A stretch of DNA of 64,000 bases. It comes from Octopus sinensis. Taxonomy: Eukaryota. The notes beneath the pieces are model-generated. The model searched no databases, had not been told where the DNA came from, and saw only the letters and a program-made list of their open reading frames with translations. The stretch is from positions 56,606,001 to 56,670,000 of the forward strand of contig NC_042999.1 in assembly GCF_006345805.1 (NCBI RefSeq), read 5' to 3'. Below are positions 1 to 14,089 of this stretch, piece after piece. Position 1 is the first letter of the stretch. Each line of letters opens with the position of its first letter. The position numbers and the translations under genes were made by a program.

Positions 1-256
1 ACAAGCACTCACAGGCAGTGAGGCTTAATGTTCAGAGTTGCCCTTCTCTTAGACAAGCTGCCTTCTAAGGCTGCCAAGCCCTGACTTCACCCTGCTATAC
101 CACCAGGGTAGATATATACACAGTGCTGCCTCCTCACTCCTAATTATCATACAACACTCTGGACAGACATTAACCCAGAATTTCTAAATACCAACACAAT
201 GAGAAAATAACTATTTGTAAATCTCACAACGAGAGATATTCAGCAACAGTACTTTG

Positions 257-462
257 GAGTAAAGATTGTTTGCCAACATAACATGGCAGTCCTGGTTGAG
301 GACGAATGTTGCTGTAATTTAGCCCCAGGATGAATGTTGCTGTAATTTAGCCACGGATTGTGTCGTATAGCCAGCTGGAGATGATGTCTCCTGGGGCTAA
401 ATTACAGCAACATTCGTCCTAAACCAGGACTGCCATGTTATGTTGGCAAACAATCTTTACTC
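257..462. repeat. Fold-back inverted repeat (about 74-bp arms), MITE-like
   Basis: 257-330 (gagtaaagattgtttgccaac...agccccagga) is the near-exact reverse complement of 389-462; partial internal duplication at 332-352. Confidence 0.85.
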
Positions 463-1320
463 TACCAACACTACTGTTAGATAATGGTTGAGCCTGAGTT
501 GGGTTCGTCTGTCTATTAAAAAGTAGTTCTGTTGTTTGATACATTCTCAATGTTTATGGAGTCTAGATGCAGTAAACACCCCAAAATAAGAAAGTAAGAA
601 ACCCAAATTTCCTTACCATGGATCTGTATCCCCTAAAAATAAGGTTCCAATTTTTGCTGACCGGTGCACTTCAAAACACACTCCCAATGTTACTTCATCG
701 ATCAGGTCAGCTGTCACATCACCAACAGCAGTCTGAAAAATACATACAATATATTTGAATTAGACAAGTTAATTTATGTTAAAATATGTGTACCAATATC
801 ATGGTTATTATCAGGATTGTATTTTGCAACCCTGCAAAATACAACTGATCTTTACACACAGACGCACAGAATAACAGCAATCAAATAGCAACAGCAGAGT
901 GCATAACAAACACCAGCGATCTATCTGACTGTCGCCTGTACTCTTGACAAGAGATGCCAGTTAGTCTTTTACACCTACCAGGCTCGTTCGTATTAGTCTG
1001 AGTTGCTGGATAATTTCTGTTCCTTTAAGAATATTGTAGAACGGAAAATTTTCATAGATTGGAACTCTATAGAAATTTATTGTTTCAAGAAAACATTGAA
1101 TTTGAAGAGAACATTTGCTGGGTGAAAATAAACAGTGACCGGGCTCAATAAAAGGAGCCTGAGTTATTGGCTGCAATTATATACTTGAAGTCAATGCTGG
1201 TAGAAATTAAATCCGCTTTCAAATACACGCTCACTTTACTAAATTTATATTTGGGCTAAGCCCAAACAGCCTGAGTGCCGGAGTCATCACTGATATATAT
1301 GTAGTTAACTCTCTTGTATC

Positions 1321-1368
1321 GTCTCTGATGAAGGGATATCCATAATATCCTGGAAACAGCTGTAAGAC
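1321..1368 (+). ncRNA. Minimal type I hammerhead ribozyme motif (Penelope-type)
   Basis: gtct-CTGATGA-a-gggatat/atatcct stem II-g-GAAA-cagctg (palindromic stem III)-TA-agac; stem I gtct/agac; predicted cleavage after GUA at 1364. Confidence 0.7.
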
Positions 1369-1539
1369 TACCTTTCTCTTTATAATTGTCCTATAAATTC
1401 CACACACCCTTGGTTTTTTTTTTTGTTTCATTTTATTTAACACATATATATGTATATGTATATATGTGTGTATATATGTGTGTATATATATATATATATA
1501 TCTATATATATATATATATATATATAAATATATATATAT

Positions 1540-2082
1540 ACTTTGATACTTTGATAGGTTTCGGCCATTATTGGCCCAGGCCATGTCTAACTTAATAGCA
1601 CCACCTGGTGAAGTCTTTCAAGTCAGAATTTGGGCACTATGGCCCACTCAAGTAGAGAGTTATTGTTTACAGAGACATATCCGGGTGTAGGGGGTTTATC
1701 CGGGATTTCTTGAAGGAATCTGTCCAAAGACTTCTTGAACCCTATAGGGTCAGTTTATGTTTTAATGTGTTTTGATGTAATGTTAAAGAGAGCGGGGCCA
1801 ATTGAGGTGAAATAATTGTGCCGTATTGTTGTTATGAGATGAGAGTGCGATTTTTATTTTGGGCGGATGGCACGGGGCCCAAGCCTTGGATGTACCTTAA
1901 AGGTGATGCCAACATCATTTGGGCAATGCTGATGGAATATTTTCCACATCATGCAGATGATGTAGCGCTCACGACGACGTTGGAGAGAATAGAGTTTTAG
2001 CTTTTCTAGTCGACCCCAATAGTCGAGGCCTGTCATGCCATCTATCTTTTTTGTGATTGCCCTTTGAGGTGCTTCAACTTTT
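1540..2082 (-). mobile_element. 3' fragment of CR1/Jockey-group LINE
   Basis: Translation LDYWGRLEKLKLYSLQRRRERY resembles the LINE ORF2 C-terminal motif; ends in a short (atcaaagt) repeat tail; flanked by TA repeats. Confidence 0.75.
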
Positions 2083-2102
2083 ATATATATATATAAATAA
2101 TA

Positions 2103-2145
<43 letters not shown>

Positions 2146-2238
2146 TATAAAAATATAGATATAAATATATAAAATAGATATATAATATATATATATATAA
2201 ATATATAATATATAATTATATATAAATATATAAATATA

Positions 2239-2271
<33 letters not shown>

Positions 2272-2592
2272 AATTATATATATAATATATAATAATATAT
2301 ATATATATATATAGATATTATATATATTATATATATAAATATATATAAATATATAAATATATATATAAATATATATATAAATATATATATAAATATATAA
2401 CTATATATATATAAATATATAAATAATATATATATATATAAATATATAATATATATATATATAAATATTATATATATAAATATATAATATATATATATAT
2501 AAATATATAAATATATATATAGATAAATATATTATATGATAAATATATTAATATATATATATAATAAATATATAAATATATATTAATATATA

Positions 2593-2632
<40 letters not shown>

Positions 2633-2735
2633 TATAAATATATATATATAAATATATAATATATATATATATATATATATAATATAAATATATAAATATA
2701 TATATATATAAATATATAAATATATATATATATAA

Positions 2736-2775
<40 letters not shown>

Positions 2776-2778
2776 AAT

Positions 2779-2809
<31 letters not shown>

Positions 2810-3020
2810 AATATATAAATATATATATATAAATATATAAATATATATATAAATATATATATAAGATATAAATATATAATATATATATATATAAATATAT
2901 ATATAATATATAAATATATATATAAATATTAAATATATATATATATATAATATTATATATAAATATATAATATATATATATATATATATAAATATTATAT
3001 ATATATATATATAATATTAT

Positions 3021-3070
<50 letters not shown>

Positions 3071-3179
3071 ATAATATATTATATATATATAATATATAAA
3101 TATATATATATATAATATATTATAATATAAATTATATATATATAAATATATATATATAAATATATTATATTATATATAT

Positions 3180-3210
<31 letters not shown>

Positions 3211-3270
3211 AATATATATATATAAAATATATATATATATATATAAATATAATATATATATATAAATATA
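2083..3270. repeat. About 1.2-kb degenerate (TA)n/(TATAAA)n microsatellite
   Basis: Almost pure A/T alternation. Confidence 0.95.
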
Positions 3271-4400
3271 ATTTCAACATTGAGGGTAAAATTAATAATA
3301 ATCATTTCAACCAAGTATTCAGTATGCAAAGGACCATTTAAGCGAATTCAAATTATACATTATATAAAAGGGCTTAGTAAAATAAATTACTTTGCCGCAT
3401 ACTGAACTCATTACAAATAGCAGCTAAAAAAACTTTTTTAAAACTATTTCTAATACTTAAAGAAGGAAAGGGGAGAGCAGAAATTCTTCGCTTGCATTTT
3501 TGAGTTTGTTGGCACTGTTAGTTTCGAGCAGATCCTCAGAATCGATAAGAAGCCGAAAGGGTATGCTCCCACTTTCAGTGTTTTCAAATCCAAACCAGGG
3601 AGTTCTGAGCTGATGATAGAAATGTCGAGTTTGACTAATCTTGAAACGTACGTTCTCAAATAACCTTTGCATTTGATTTTTTAATGTCTCTACCCCCATA
3701 CTTCCGTGAGTTGAATTGAGCAAACACTATATGAGAGAGGTTTTCTTTAAGTATTAGAAATAGTTTTAGAAAAGTTTTTTTTTAGCTGCTATTTCTAATG
3801 AGTTCAGTATGCGGCAAAGTAATTTATTTTACTAAGCCTTTTATAATGTAATAATTTGAATTCGCCTAAATGGTCCTTTGCATACTGAATACTTGGTGAA
3901 ATTGATTAATTAATTAATTTTACCCTCAATTGTTGAAATTATAATGCATCTCTCTCTATATAATGCCTCGGATTTTACCGAAAAAAGCATAGTGTTTACT
4001 GATTTTAACCCACGCTGGCGGAAAGGGGAGAGCAGAAATTCTTCGCTTGCATTTTTGATTTGTTGGCACTGTTAGTTTCGAGCAGATCCTCAGAACGATA
4101 AGAAGCCGAAAGGGTATGCTCCACCACTTCAGTGTTTTCAAATCCAAACCAGGGAGTTCTGAGCTGATGATAGAAATGTCGAGTTGACTAATCTTGAAAC
4201 GTACGTTCTCAAATAACCTTTGCATTGATTTTTTAATGTCTCTACCCCCCCATACTTCCGTGATTTGATTGAGCAAACACTATATGAGAGAGGTTTTCTT
4301 AAGTATTAGAAAAAGTTTTAAAAAAGATTTTTTTAGCTGCTATTTCTAATGAGTTCATTATGCGGCAAAGTAATTTATTTTACTAAGCCCTTTTATATAA
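3268..4400. repeat. Unclassified TA-embedded element: inverted arm plus two direct copies
   Basis: About 3268-3465 is the reverse complement of about 3745-3943; about 3467-3845 is repeated directly at about 4022-4398. Confidence 0.75.
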
Positions 4401-4495
4401 TATATATAAATATATATATATATATATAAATATATATAATATATATATATATAAATAATATATATATAATATATAAAATATATATATATATATAT

Positions 4496-4595
4496 NNNNN
4501 NNNNNNNNNNNNNNNNNNNNNNNNNNNNNNNNNNNNNNNNNNNNNNNNNNNNNNNNNNNNNNNNNNNNNNNNNNNNNNNNNNNNNNNNNNNNNNN
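4496..4595. other. Assembly gap (100 N)
   Basis: Run of n. Confidence 1.
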
Positions 4596-4659
4596 ACGCT
4601 AGTACCCCATACTACCACTATAAATCAAATTCTTCTAAATAAAGCACTCATTTTTGCAA

Positions 4660-5230
4660 TCACCATCATCGTCATCATTCAACATCTGTTTTCCATGCTG
4701 GCATGTGTTGGACAGCTTGGCAGGAGCTGGCAAACTGGAAAGCACCAGTCTGTTTAGACATGGTTTCTATGGCTGGACGCCCATCCTAATGCCAACCACT
4801 TTACAGAGTGTGCTGACTGCTTTTTACGTGGCACCAGTACCAGAGGAGTTGCCAAGTAGCTTGCACGTAAAAGACCTCTCTCTCAGCTGGGACAGAGAGC
4901 AGAGCCAAGAGAAGCGATTGTCTGCCAGGCAAGAAGTTAGAGTGTGATAGAGGGACAGAGATAGCTGTCTTGAGAAGATACTTGTTTGTGAGGGTATATA
5001 TGTTCCCTTCTGTCCTCGGTTAGTTATAGGGGCTACTGTGGGGCTTTAGCTGGTGCCACAAAAGGAAAGCATTCAGTACAGTAGTTGGAATTGTGAAAGG
5101 CATCCGGCCGTAGAAACAATGCCAAAATAGACACTGATGCATGGTACAGTCCTGAAACTCGTCAGACCCAGTCAAATCATTCAACCCCTACCAGCATGGA
5201 AAACAGACGTAAACTGATGATGATGATGAT
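4660..5230. mobile_element. Two opposed decayed 3'-end fragments of the RTE-type LINE family
   Basis: gggcatcc(a/g)gcc...agcatggaaaacagac-(gat)n motif on minus (about 4660-4850) and plus (about 5050-5230). Confidence 0.6.
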
Positions 5231-5492
5231 ATATATATCATTGAGAGAGAGAGAGACAGAATGCAGCTTAAAGAGGAAGGCAAGAGAGAGATAGAAAAAA
5301 GAGTGGGGGGGAGATACACAAGGCAAACGAGAAGGGACAAGTTATCAGGAGAATTATAGGCCTGGATAAGAGGTGGAAAAGAGAAAGAGGGAGACAGATG
5401 CTAAAGTTACAGAATTTGATGGTAACAAAATCAGGGCGGGGTGGGGAAGATGGATCTGAAATTTCTCCCCCAAAAATTATTCTAAATTTTAT

Positions 5493-5952
5493 AGGAGTGG
5501 CTGTGTGGTAAGTAGCTTGCGTACCAACCACATGGTTCCGGGTTCAGTCCCACTGCGTGGCATCTTGGGCAAGTATCTTCTACTATAGCCTCGGGTTGAC
5601 CAAAGCCTTGTGAGTGGATTTGGTAGACGGAAACTGAAAGAAGCCCGTCGTATATATGTATTATATATATATATATATATTATATATATCATAATATATA
5701 TGTGTGTGTGGTGTGTGTGTGTGTGTTGTGTGTGTGTGTGTGGTGTGTATGTTGTGTGTCTGTGTTTGTCCCCCCCAACATCGCTTGACAATCGATGCTG
5801 GTTGTTTATGTTCCCGTAACTTAGCGGTCGGAAAAGTGACCGATAGAAAAGTACTAGGCTTACAAAGAATAAGTCCTGGGGTCGATTTGCTCGACTAAAG
5901 GCGGTGCTCCAGCATGGCCACAGTCAAATGACTGAAACAAGTAAAAGAGTAA
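5493..5952 (+). mobile_element. tRNA-derived SINE with CORE-like domain, internal TA/TG microsatellite and conserved tail
   Basis: A-box tggctgtgtggt, B-box ggttcagtccc, CORE-like cttgggcaagt, tail ...ccagcatggcc...gtaaaagagt; more than 8 related copies or fragments in the window. Confidence 0.9.
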
Positions 5953-6262
5953 CACTCTCGAAAACATTTTTGAAGATTTTCATTTAGAAACACGCATTTA
6001 AAAAAAAAGTTATGAAGAAATAAAGTCGGGGGTGGGTAGACACCCCTGACTTTAATCTGAAGTCATGCCTCCCTCCATCCTCCCTCCTCGGCGCAGGTGT
6101 GAAAAGAGCGCAAAATTTAATTTTGGTTAATTAAGGTAGAGACGCCAACAGTTTCTTTGCCCCTGAGAGCTGGAAACCATTGCTATACAACGCAATCGAA
6201 TTTTAAATAATTAAAAAGTAATTTAAGTTATAATTTAAAAAAATAACCTGAATTCAAGTAGT

Positions 6263-6642
6263 GGATCTTTTCGGTTTGAACGGCAGTTTTTCTAGCGGTA
6301 TCATATGAAATTGTCACCCATAATTATGACCCCTAGCATTTCAATCTGTTTTAGGGTTAGGGTGGGGGGAAGGGTATCTTTTTTTTTCTTCAGAAATGTA
6401 AATAAACCCAATCTGTTTCTTAAACGAGAGACATATTCATACGGCACAGAATATTTTCAGCTCAACAGACGACATTGATTGGTTGAAATTGCAGAAATTG
6501 AAGAAAAAAAACAACAAATATCTTACAAACTATAGAATTTTCTCAATAAAGCCAAGAGAAAAAAGATGTTTTATAAACACATTCTACCAGTATACGAAGT
6601 GGAAATTATTTTAAAAAACTGCCGTTCAAACCGAAAAGATCC
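6263..6642. mobile_element. MITE with about 29-bp TIRs and 8-bp TSD (Merlin-like GG...CC ends), internal TTAGGG
   Basis: TIR ggatcttttcggtttgaacggcagttttt; TSD caagtagt at 6255-6262 and 6643-6650. Confidence 0.9.
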
Positions 6643-6854
6643 CAAGTAGTTTAGAATTTATAATGGATTAAAATACTTCAAAACAAAACATTTATAGTTC
6701 AGCTGTGTGTAGGAAGATAAAAGGTGAGCGATGTCAAGAGACACCCTTAACGGACAATTAAGTTATACTGACACAAGGAACTTAAGGCGGATGAACAGAA
6801 AGGCAACAAAATTTGAATTTACAAACACTCCATTCCGCCTCTCCCCGAATAATA

Positions 6855-7030
6855 GTCTCAAATTTTGGCAAAAGGCCAGCAGCAATATCGGGGGAGGGGG
6901 GGGCTGGTAGATTATATCAACCCCAGTGTTCAAGTGGTACTTATTTTATCGATCACGATAGGATGAACGGTAAAGTCGACCTTTGAACTCAACGTAAAGA
7001 CGTGTTAACAATTCAGTCAGTTCGTCGCCT
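6855..7030 (-). mobile_element. Decayed Deu/Nin-domain-like SINE
   Basis: tggtacttattttatcgatcacgataggatgaacggtaaagtcgacc matches the family seen at 27588 and elsewhere. Confidence 0.6.
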
Positions 7031-7306
7031 TTGCCTTTTCCCTTATATAGACGTGTGTGTGTGTGAATGCACAATTAACGAATGCAACACATACACGCGC
7101 GAGCGCACACACACATACGTAGTCACGAACTGTCTAATGGTGTTGTTTCCCTTCCGATATGAATCAACTAAATCGAACTGGACATTCCCTTGTAACTTAA
7201 TTTTATCACATCTGGAGGGATGAGACAAGGAACGTTATACCTTTTTTTTAGAGGGATTCGAACCCATGTTGTCGGAAGAAGAAACTAAACGCCATCAACA
7301 GTATAC

Positions 7307-7349
<43 letters not shown>

Positions 7350-8088
7350 CACTAACTCCAACTCATTTGAACCCCCACTTAGGAACTATTTCTTATTTCG
7401 ACACAAAGACACAATACTCGACCATTCGTTGTTCACTTTAAACTCCCCCAAGATGAGGTATACACACAATGTTCTGTATCCCCACTCAATATCTATCAGG
7501 GGTCAGACGGTCAAGTCCCAACAAAATGGTTGCTCCAATTACCACCAGATTCATAAGGCCCAGTCAAAATTAATAAGTTATCTAATTTGCTATATTTCAA
7601 CTTATTTTTTAACGAAGTAAAATTATTTCACACTCTCCTTAATAAACACCGGATTAAGATAGAAAAGATACGGGAATCTGTGATGTTCATGCTTCCACCA
7701 GGATTCTTAATCAGAGATAGTGAGTAGAATAGTTTACTGCATCATCGCTAATGTCTTGGTACTCTGGTGTCAATGACCCTTAGCTGGGTGCATCTGAACC
7801 AAAAATGATACAATACCCGGAACGACCTACCCGGTATCTATGATGACGAGAAGCCGAAAACACCCTTTCAATTCCCCGTCACCCTGTCAATCTTGAACAC
7901 GGAGAATAAGGGATCAAATTGGGACTCCAAACAAGTTTTTGTAAGGGCTTTTAACGTCGGGGTATATACCTTCACTTCTCAAAGAATTTTAGGCACGCAG
8001 GTATGGAAATACGATGTGTGTGTGTGTCTATGTATTCTTACACAAACGTATGTACATAAATGTGTACCTCTCTGTCTCTCTCTCTCTC

Positions 8089-8157
<69 letters not shown>

Positions 8158-8188
8158 ATATAGATATATAGACAGACAGACAGATAGA

Positions 8189-8220
<32 letters not shown>

Positions 8221-8435
8221 TTGATATAAATAGACAGATAGATAGATAGACACACAGACAGACAGATAGATACGATTAGACTAAAATATATATCGATACA
8301 AATACTAAATATATTAAAAAGTTAAACCCATATACAGTTTCGTACGTCGACACTTATCAAAATGTATATACATATACTCATGTTTTGAGTTCTATTTTCC
8401 TATTTGCGTCCACAAAACTGTGTGTGTGTGCGCGC

Positions 8436-8467
<32 letters not shown>

Positions 8468-8834
8468 AAGCACAGCTCTATGCACGGTGAAATATTTCAA
8501 CTGAAACGGATTCGCTTAGTTTCGATTCGTTTACACAATAACATTTTATACTGTCTCTCTCTCTCTCTCTCTCTCTCACATTCATAGGTGTGTACTTATT
8601 TGTCTATATGTGTGTGTGTTTATGAGACCATAACGTAAACAATGGCTCAGAGGTCGATGTTTTAAGGTCGGGGTATGTCACTCTGCAATTTAAAGTTTTA
8701 CAGACAAAAATAGGAAGTTTTTTTTCCCCACTAGACTGCATGAAAGAAAACTTTATATGAATAAATGTATGTACGTATGAATTAGCTTGCCACACAGGAA
8801 AATGTAACGTAAACACATACATTTGTCATATGCA

Positions 8835-8881
<47 letters not shown>

Positions 8882-9117
8882 ATATATGTATAGATAGATA
8901 TATTGTTTGTTGAATATTAAAGTGAAGATCATTCAGTACTTTTTCAGTAGAGTACCATATTTATACATTTACGAGAATAATTCTGTTAGTAACTTCGAAG
9001 TAGTCACTCAGTTGCAGTCTCACAATGGCATATCAGCCGCATTTTCGAAGTTACTATCAACCTTTTCCTTATGTATGTATGTACACACAGACACAAATAC
9101 ACACATAGACGCAACTA

Positions 9118-9640
9118 CAGATTGGTGCCCCATTGACGTAGTTTCTTCATAATTTTCTGAAAAATTCATATTCTTTGATGGAATTTTAAAGAAATACATT
9201 TTCGGGAGTGTAGATTAGATTATGCTAATAAAATCTAAAAGTAGAAGAAGAATAAAAAAAAAGAAATTTTTGCAGGAATTTCGGATCTCTCTACCGCAAT
9301 CCGTGACTTCATTACTACCATTTCCAGTAACTTCAGCATTTTTCACCTTTTTTTTCCCCAGATTCACGTGTGCCCGAGACATCAATATTCCGTAATTTAC
9401 ACCCTCGCAAACGTATTTCTGTAAAATGTCATTTACAAGTATGTATTTTAAAAATGGTTACGAGTATGGGTGGAGAAAATAAAACTCCTTAAGAAAAATA
9501 AAATTTATTTTTAAACCTCAACACCAACACAATCTTAATCTACACTCCTGAAAACATATCGGTGAACATTTTCATTAAAAAAAATACTCGTTTTTTAGGA
9601 AGTTATAAAGAAACAGAATCGTGGACGGGGTACCAAACTG
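9118..9640. mobile_element. Tc1/mariner-type MITE
   Basis: TA-cagattggtgcccc ... ggggtaccaaactg-TA ends, plus subterminal inverted matches (ttttcgggagtgtagatta / taatctacactcctgaaaa). Confidence 0.7.
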
Positions 9641-10001
9641 TAGTTATACCTATGTGTGTGTGTGTGTGCCAGTGTGTGTGTGTGTGTGTCTATGAACCAC
9701 CTCGAAGACGAGGTCGTCTACCGCAATGTGAATTTAGGCGATGTTTATGGTTTACAGAAACCCAAGAAAGTCGAACAATGGAATCCTGCCTATTAAAAGA
9801 GACAACGACAGAGAAAGAGAAGAGGCGAAGGAAGTGACCATTTGGGTCTGGCTCTCAATATTTCCCCTTTCAAAAAAAAAAAAAAAAAGACATCGACGAA
9901 AAATACGTTTAATTAACAGCTAATTATTTCGATAATGTCCATTTTAAAAAAAAGTAGAAAAGATTAACAAAATGACGAGCAGCACACGCTAAAATGAACA
10001 G

Positions 10002-10036
<35 letters not shown>

Positions 10037-10206
10037 AGTACTCACAGACACATACACACACACATCTCTGAGAATATTTGTGCATGCAGGCGCGACTGCG
10101 TCAACTTCGATAAATTAGGAAAACTAATAAATAATGCAGAGGATCTTGGAGGTTCTGATTTACAAAATAAACAAAATAAACGAATTAATAAACATCTATA
10201 TCGATT

Positions 10207-10245
<39 letters not shown>

Positions 10246-10899
10246 ATGCGTGTGTGTGTGTGTGTTTTATAAACAAGGCGATGCCTTACAAATGTACCAT
10301 TTTGTTTAAGGCATCGCTTGAGCTAATGATAATAATAATAAATATCGACTCTACGTCTATAATGTATTGAGTACTTCCTTAAGCGAGGGTCTACTCGATC
10401 CCTGATCAGGATGTACATGTATTAACGTGCGCGTGTGTGCATGTGTTTGTATACGTGTGTGTATATGTGTTTGTGCGTGTATCTGTGTTACTATATAAAT
10501 ATAAAAACTAACACTGAATTGAAAGACCACCCAAATCATTAATACATTTAAGTATCACACGTATTTTTACAGGAAAAATGAGTTGTAAGTGACTTCGAAG
10601 AATCGCTCGTCGTTGCTTCGTTAGATAAAACCAGCGGCTGGTAAAATTTCGAAGTTACTATCAACCCCCTCCTTTCTCTCTCTCTCTGCACACACACACA
10701 CATATATTCCTTGAGATCTCAACTTCAAATGGAATCAGGCCTAACAACAGCCAATTTGAGTGTGTCCGTGCGCGGGGGGGGGGAATGAGGAGAGAGAGAA
10801 AGAAGGAAAGAGACAGACAGAAAAAAAACAATCAATGAAAGACAAAGCTGACCTCAGCAAGATTTCAACTCGGAGTATAGAGAGCTAATACAAGCAATG

Positions 10900-11605
10900 C
10901 ACTCTATGAACATACATGCATAAATACATAAATGTATACATACATAACCCCAAGGACAAAGAAATAAGAACCCACAAGAAGCCATAGCCACACATAATAA
11001 AAAGGAATACTGGAGGAATGTACCAGTGAAGACCTCAATAAAATGTAAGCACAACAGACCTGATATAATGATTTGGGATAGAGAAGAGAAACTGCGCACA
11101 GTTGTGGAAATTAGCTGCCCAGCAGATGTTAACATAAAGCTGAAGATCAGTGGAAAAGAGAACACCTATGCTGAACTATTGAGAAATCTGCAGTTACTCT
11201 ATCGAGACTACAAGTTCAGGTTTATACCTGTAATTATTGGGGCCCTGGGATATGTAACACATTGCTTCAATATCAATATTGAGAAATTAGGCTTCTCAAA
11301 ACCAGAAAAGAGAAAGCTAATTTGAAGACTACAGATCCAATCCATCACTGGAACTGTAAAAATCTGTAAAACTTTCCAGAAGTTTATCATTTAAATATAT
11401 ATGAGCATGTCTAGATATGCAACTATATGCATGAGAAGACATACATAAAGCAAAACATACAAACCTGCATATATACATACATACAAACAAAAATACCCTG
11501 TTGTTGATGCCGAAATTCCAATGAAGGAGCTTTAGATCCAAGTTAGAGACCTGTTCTTTTTCTATTAGCAAGAAATCTTAAAATAAACTGAATAATCGCA
11601 CATAT
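10900..11605 (+). mobile_element. R4/Dong-type non-LTR retrotransposon 3' fragment (REL endonuclease plus 3' UTR)
   Basis: KHNRPDIMIWDREEKLRTVVEISCP...IPVIIGALG is a PD-(D/E)xK REL domain; internal (cata)n in the 3' UTR. Confidence 0.85.
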
Positions 11606-11631
11606 AGAGAGACACACACACATACATACAT

Positions 11632-11950
11632 AGAACTTCTCTGAAAACCTCCGGCTTCTATGTCCAGATTACAAATTCACATTTATATCGATAATAATTG
11701 ATGCTTTTGGTTTCCTGAGTAAACACCTGTGTCACAATTTGACTAAGCTAGAGTTTTTGGAAAAAGAAACCTGCCACCTAACTCACACATTGCAAATACA
11801 ATCTGTAAGTGGAACAGTAAAAATATGCGAGACTTTCTTCAAGTTTAAAATGGGACATGGTTTTCATTACCTACATTCCAATGATGGAGCTTTGTATCTT
11901 TGTTAGAAACCAGCTCCTTCCTCAGAGGAAGAATTTAAATAATTATAAGC
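11632..11950 (+). mobile_element. Second, more diverged R4/Dong-type 3' fragment
   Basis: Translates to PDYKFTFI...LQIQSVSGTVKIC, homologous to the preceding element. Confidence 0.65.
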
Positions 11951-12070
11951 AGAAGAGAAAATAAATACATGCATACATACATAGTGAGAATTTACAAAAA
12001 AACAAAAGACAAAGACCGGTGTGTAAACAATAAACAGATGTATTAGCTTAACACTTGGGAAGTGAGAAAG

Positions 12071-12107
12071 TCTTTTATGTTTCGAGCCTATGCTCTTCGA
12101 TAGAAAG
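12071..12107 (-). ncRNA. Degenerate hammerhead-like motif (same family as 46837-46876)
   Basis: Minus strand cttt-CTATCGA-a-gagc/gctc-GAAA-ca-TA-aaag; core deviates from CUGANGA. Confidence 0.35.
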
Positions 12108-13189
12108 GAACACAGAAATAAACTGGGAGAAACAATTGGCAGCAGCAGTAGCGAGCAAAGAGCTAGCCGGCTTCGACGGCAGCCACTGCCGGCAACTAGC
12201 AGCGCGATGCAATCGAAAGGGAGGTTGTATGTATGTATGTATTTATGTATGCTATTATTCAGTTTATTTCAAGATTTTTTGCCAACAGAGAAAGAACAGG
12301 ATTTTAACTTAGATCCAAGGCTCCCTCATTGGAATTTCAACATACATACATGCATAGATGTATGTATCATTGTTTGTCCAATTTTCTATGTTTACATGGG
12401 CTGCATGGGATTTATTAAGGCAAATTTTCCACGACCAAATGCCTATCCTGTCACCAACCCTTGCCTGCGTCCAAGCAAGGTAATAATTCCCCATGGCCAA
12501 ATATATTTTTGCAGAATATGAGAAATAAATGACACTGCTTGAATGTGACGCTTATCTACAGCTATCACATGATGTGAAATGAAGGAGACACAGACACACA
12601 CACACATCTATAGGCTTGGCTGTATGGTAAGAAGCTTGCTGCCCAATCACATGGTTCCATGTTCAGTCCCACTGCATGGCACTTTGGGCAAGAGTCTTCT
12701 ACTATAGCTCCAAACTGACCAAAGTCTTGTGAGTGGATTTCGTAAATGGAAACTAAAAGAAGTCCATTGTATGTGTGTGTGTGTGTTTGTGTGTATCATA
12801 TTAAATATATGTGTGTTTTTTTGTATTTGTTCCTCAAAACCACTGGCACGTTTGGATGGTGCTTTTTATGTGCCACCGGCAAGGGGAGCCAGTCAGGCGG
12901 CACTGGCAACAATCTACGCATGAAAGGAACATCAAATGGGAACATTTAAACTGAGAAGAAATAAACATTAAAACTATGGCCGTAAAAACGTTTAGAGCTC
13001 CTAAATTCAGTCACCAGATTATCTTATGGACAACGTTATAGTGAATATAAATGTTAAATGTCAACTAGTGAAATGAAAAACAAGATGTCAGAGCATGGAT
13101 GAACACAGGAGAGTCAACAGCCATTCAGCCATAAGTGATAGATGTATGGATGCATGTTGCCTTAAATCAGCTGGTGCCAACCAGGTATC

Positions 13190-13990
13190 CAAGTGTATGG
13201 TCAGACGCTTCAAGTTGTAGAAAGGTTTGTCTATCTTGGAAGCACCTTTAGTATACCATGTATCTTTGACAATGAAATCTTTCTAAAAATCACTCGCCAA
13301 GTGATGTTTTCAGAAACTCAGAAAAGCACATGTAGTCTCAACATGGTATCTCTACTAACATTAAAGCGAAGATTTATATACCATGTGTGCTGTCCTCCAT
13401 GTGGTGTATTTGTGAGATGTCGGAACCTACTGAAAGCATTTGAAACAGCAGATGTGCTTCCACTAGCAATACCTGTTTCATACCCAGGGTATGTGTTGGA
13501 AAATGTATGTGAATGATGTTGAGGTCCTTGAAAGAGGTCACTGTCAAAGGATTGAGTCATTTTGCAGCAGTGGCTGCCATGGGTGGGTCACTTAATGAGA
13601 ACAGGGAACTGTAATATTCTGAAGCAACTTGTGTACGATGAGCTAAGGAATGGAAAACATCCCCTCATAAACATGAGCTGAGGTTCAAAGATTGTATAAA
13701 AACATCCTTGAAGAGAGCTAACATCATGGAGAAGGACTGGGAAGAAACTGCAATTCATCAGGTAAGATGGAGGAAAGCAATATTTGATAGAAGCGAGAAC
13801 TTCAAAATAGCTTGGAGAAACCATGAAAAGTTGAAGAGGGATGCTAGAAAAGGGTGTGTAGAAAATATGGATGAACAGAGTGAGGTGACATGCAATGTGG
13901 GAGAGTCTACTTCAGTAGAACAGGACTGAAAATTCATAAAAGAAACCATTTGGATTGCACCATGCACAGCAAAACAACATGCTATGAACA
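13190..13990 (+). mobile_element. Decayed RTE-clade LINE 3' part
   Basis: LQVVERFVYLGS...; WEETAIHQVRWRKAI...VTCNV; many stops and frameshifts. Confidence 0.75.
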
Positions 13991-14089
13991 CAGCAAGGTT
14001 TGCCTTTCAGTTGGAGGCTTGAAAGGACAAGAACATGCATGATACCCAATAAGTGGCTCCTGTCATTGGGGGCAATTATGTATTTAACA

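Noticed and set aside
3505-3545. Minus-strand CTGAGGA...GAAA motif
   Set aside because: No stem I or II and a non-cleavable GUG triplet
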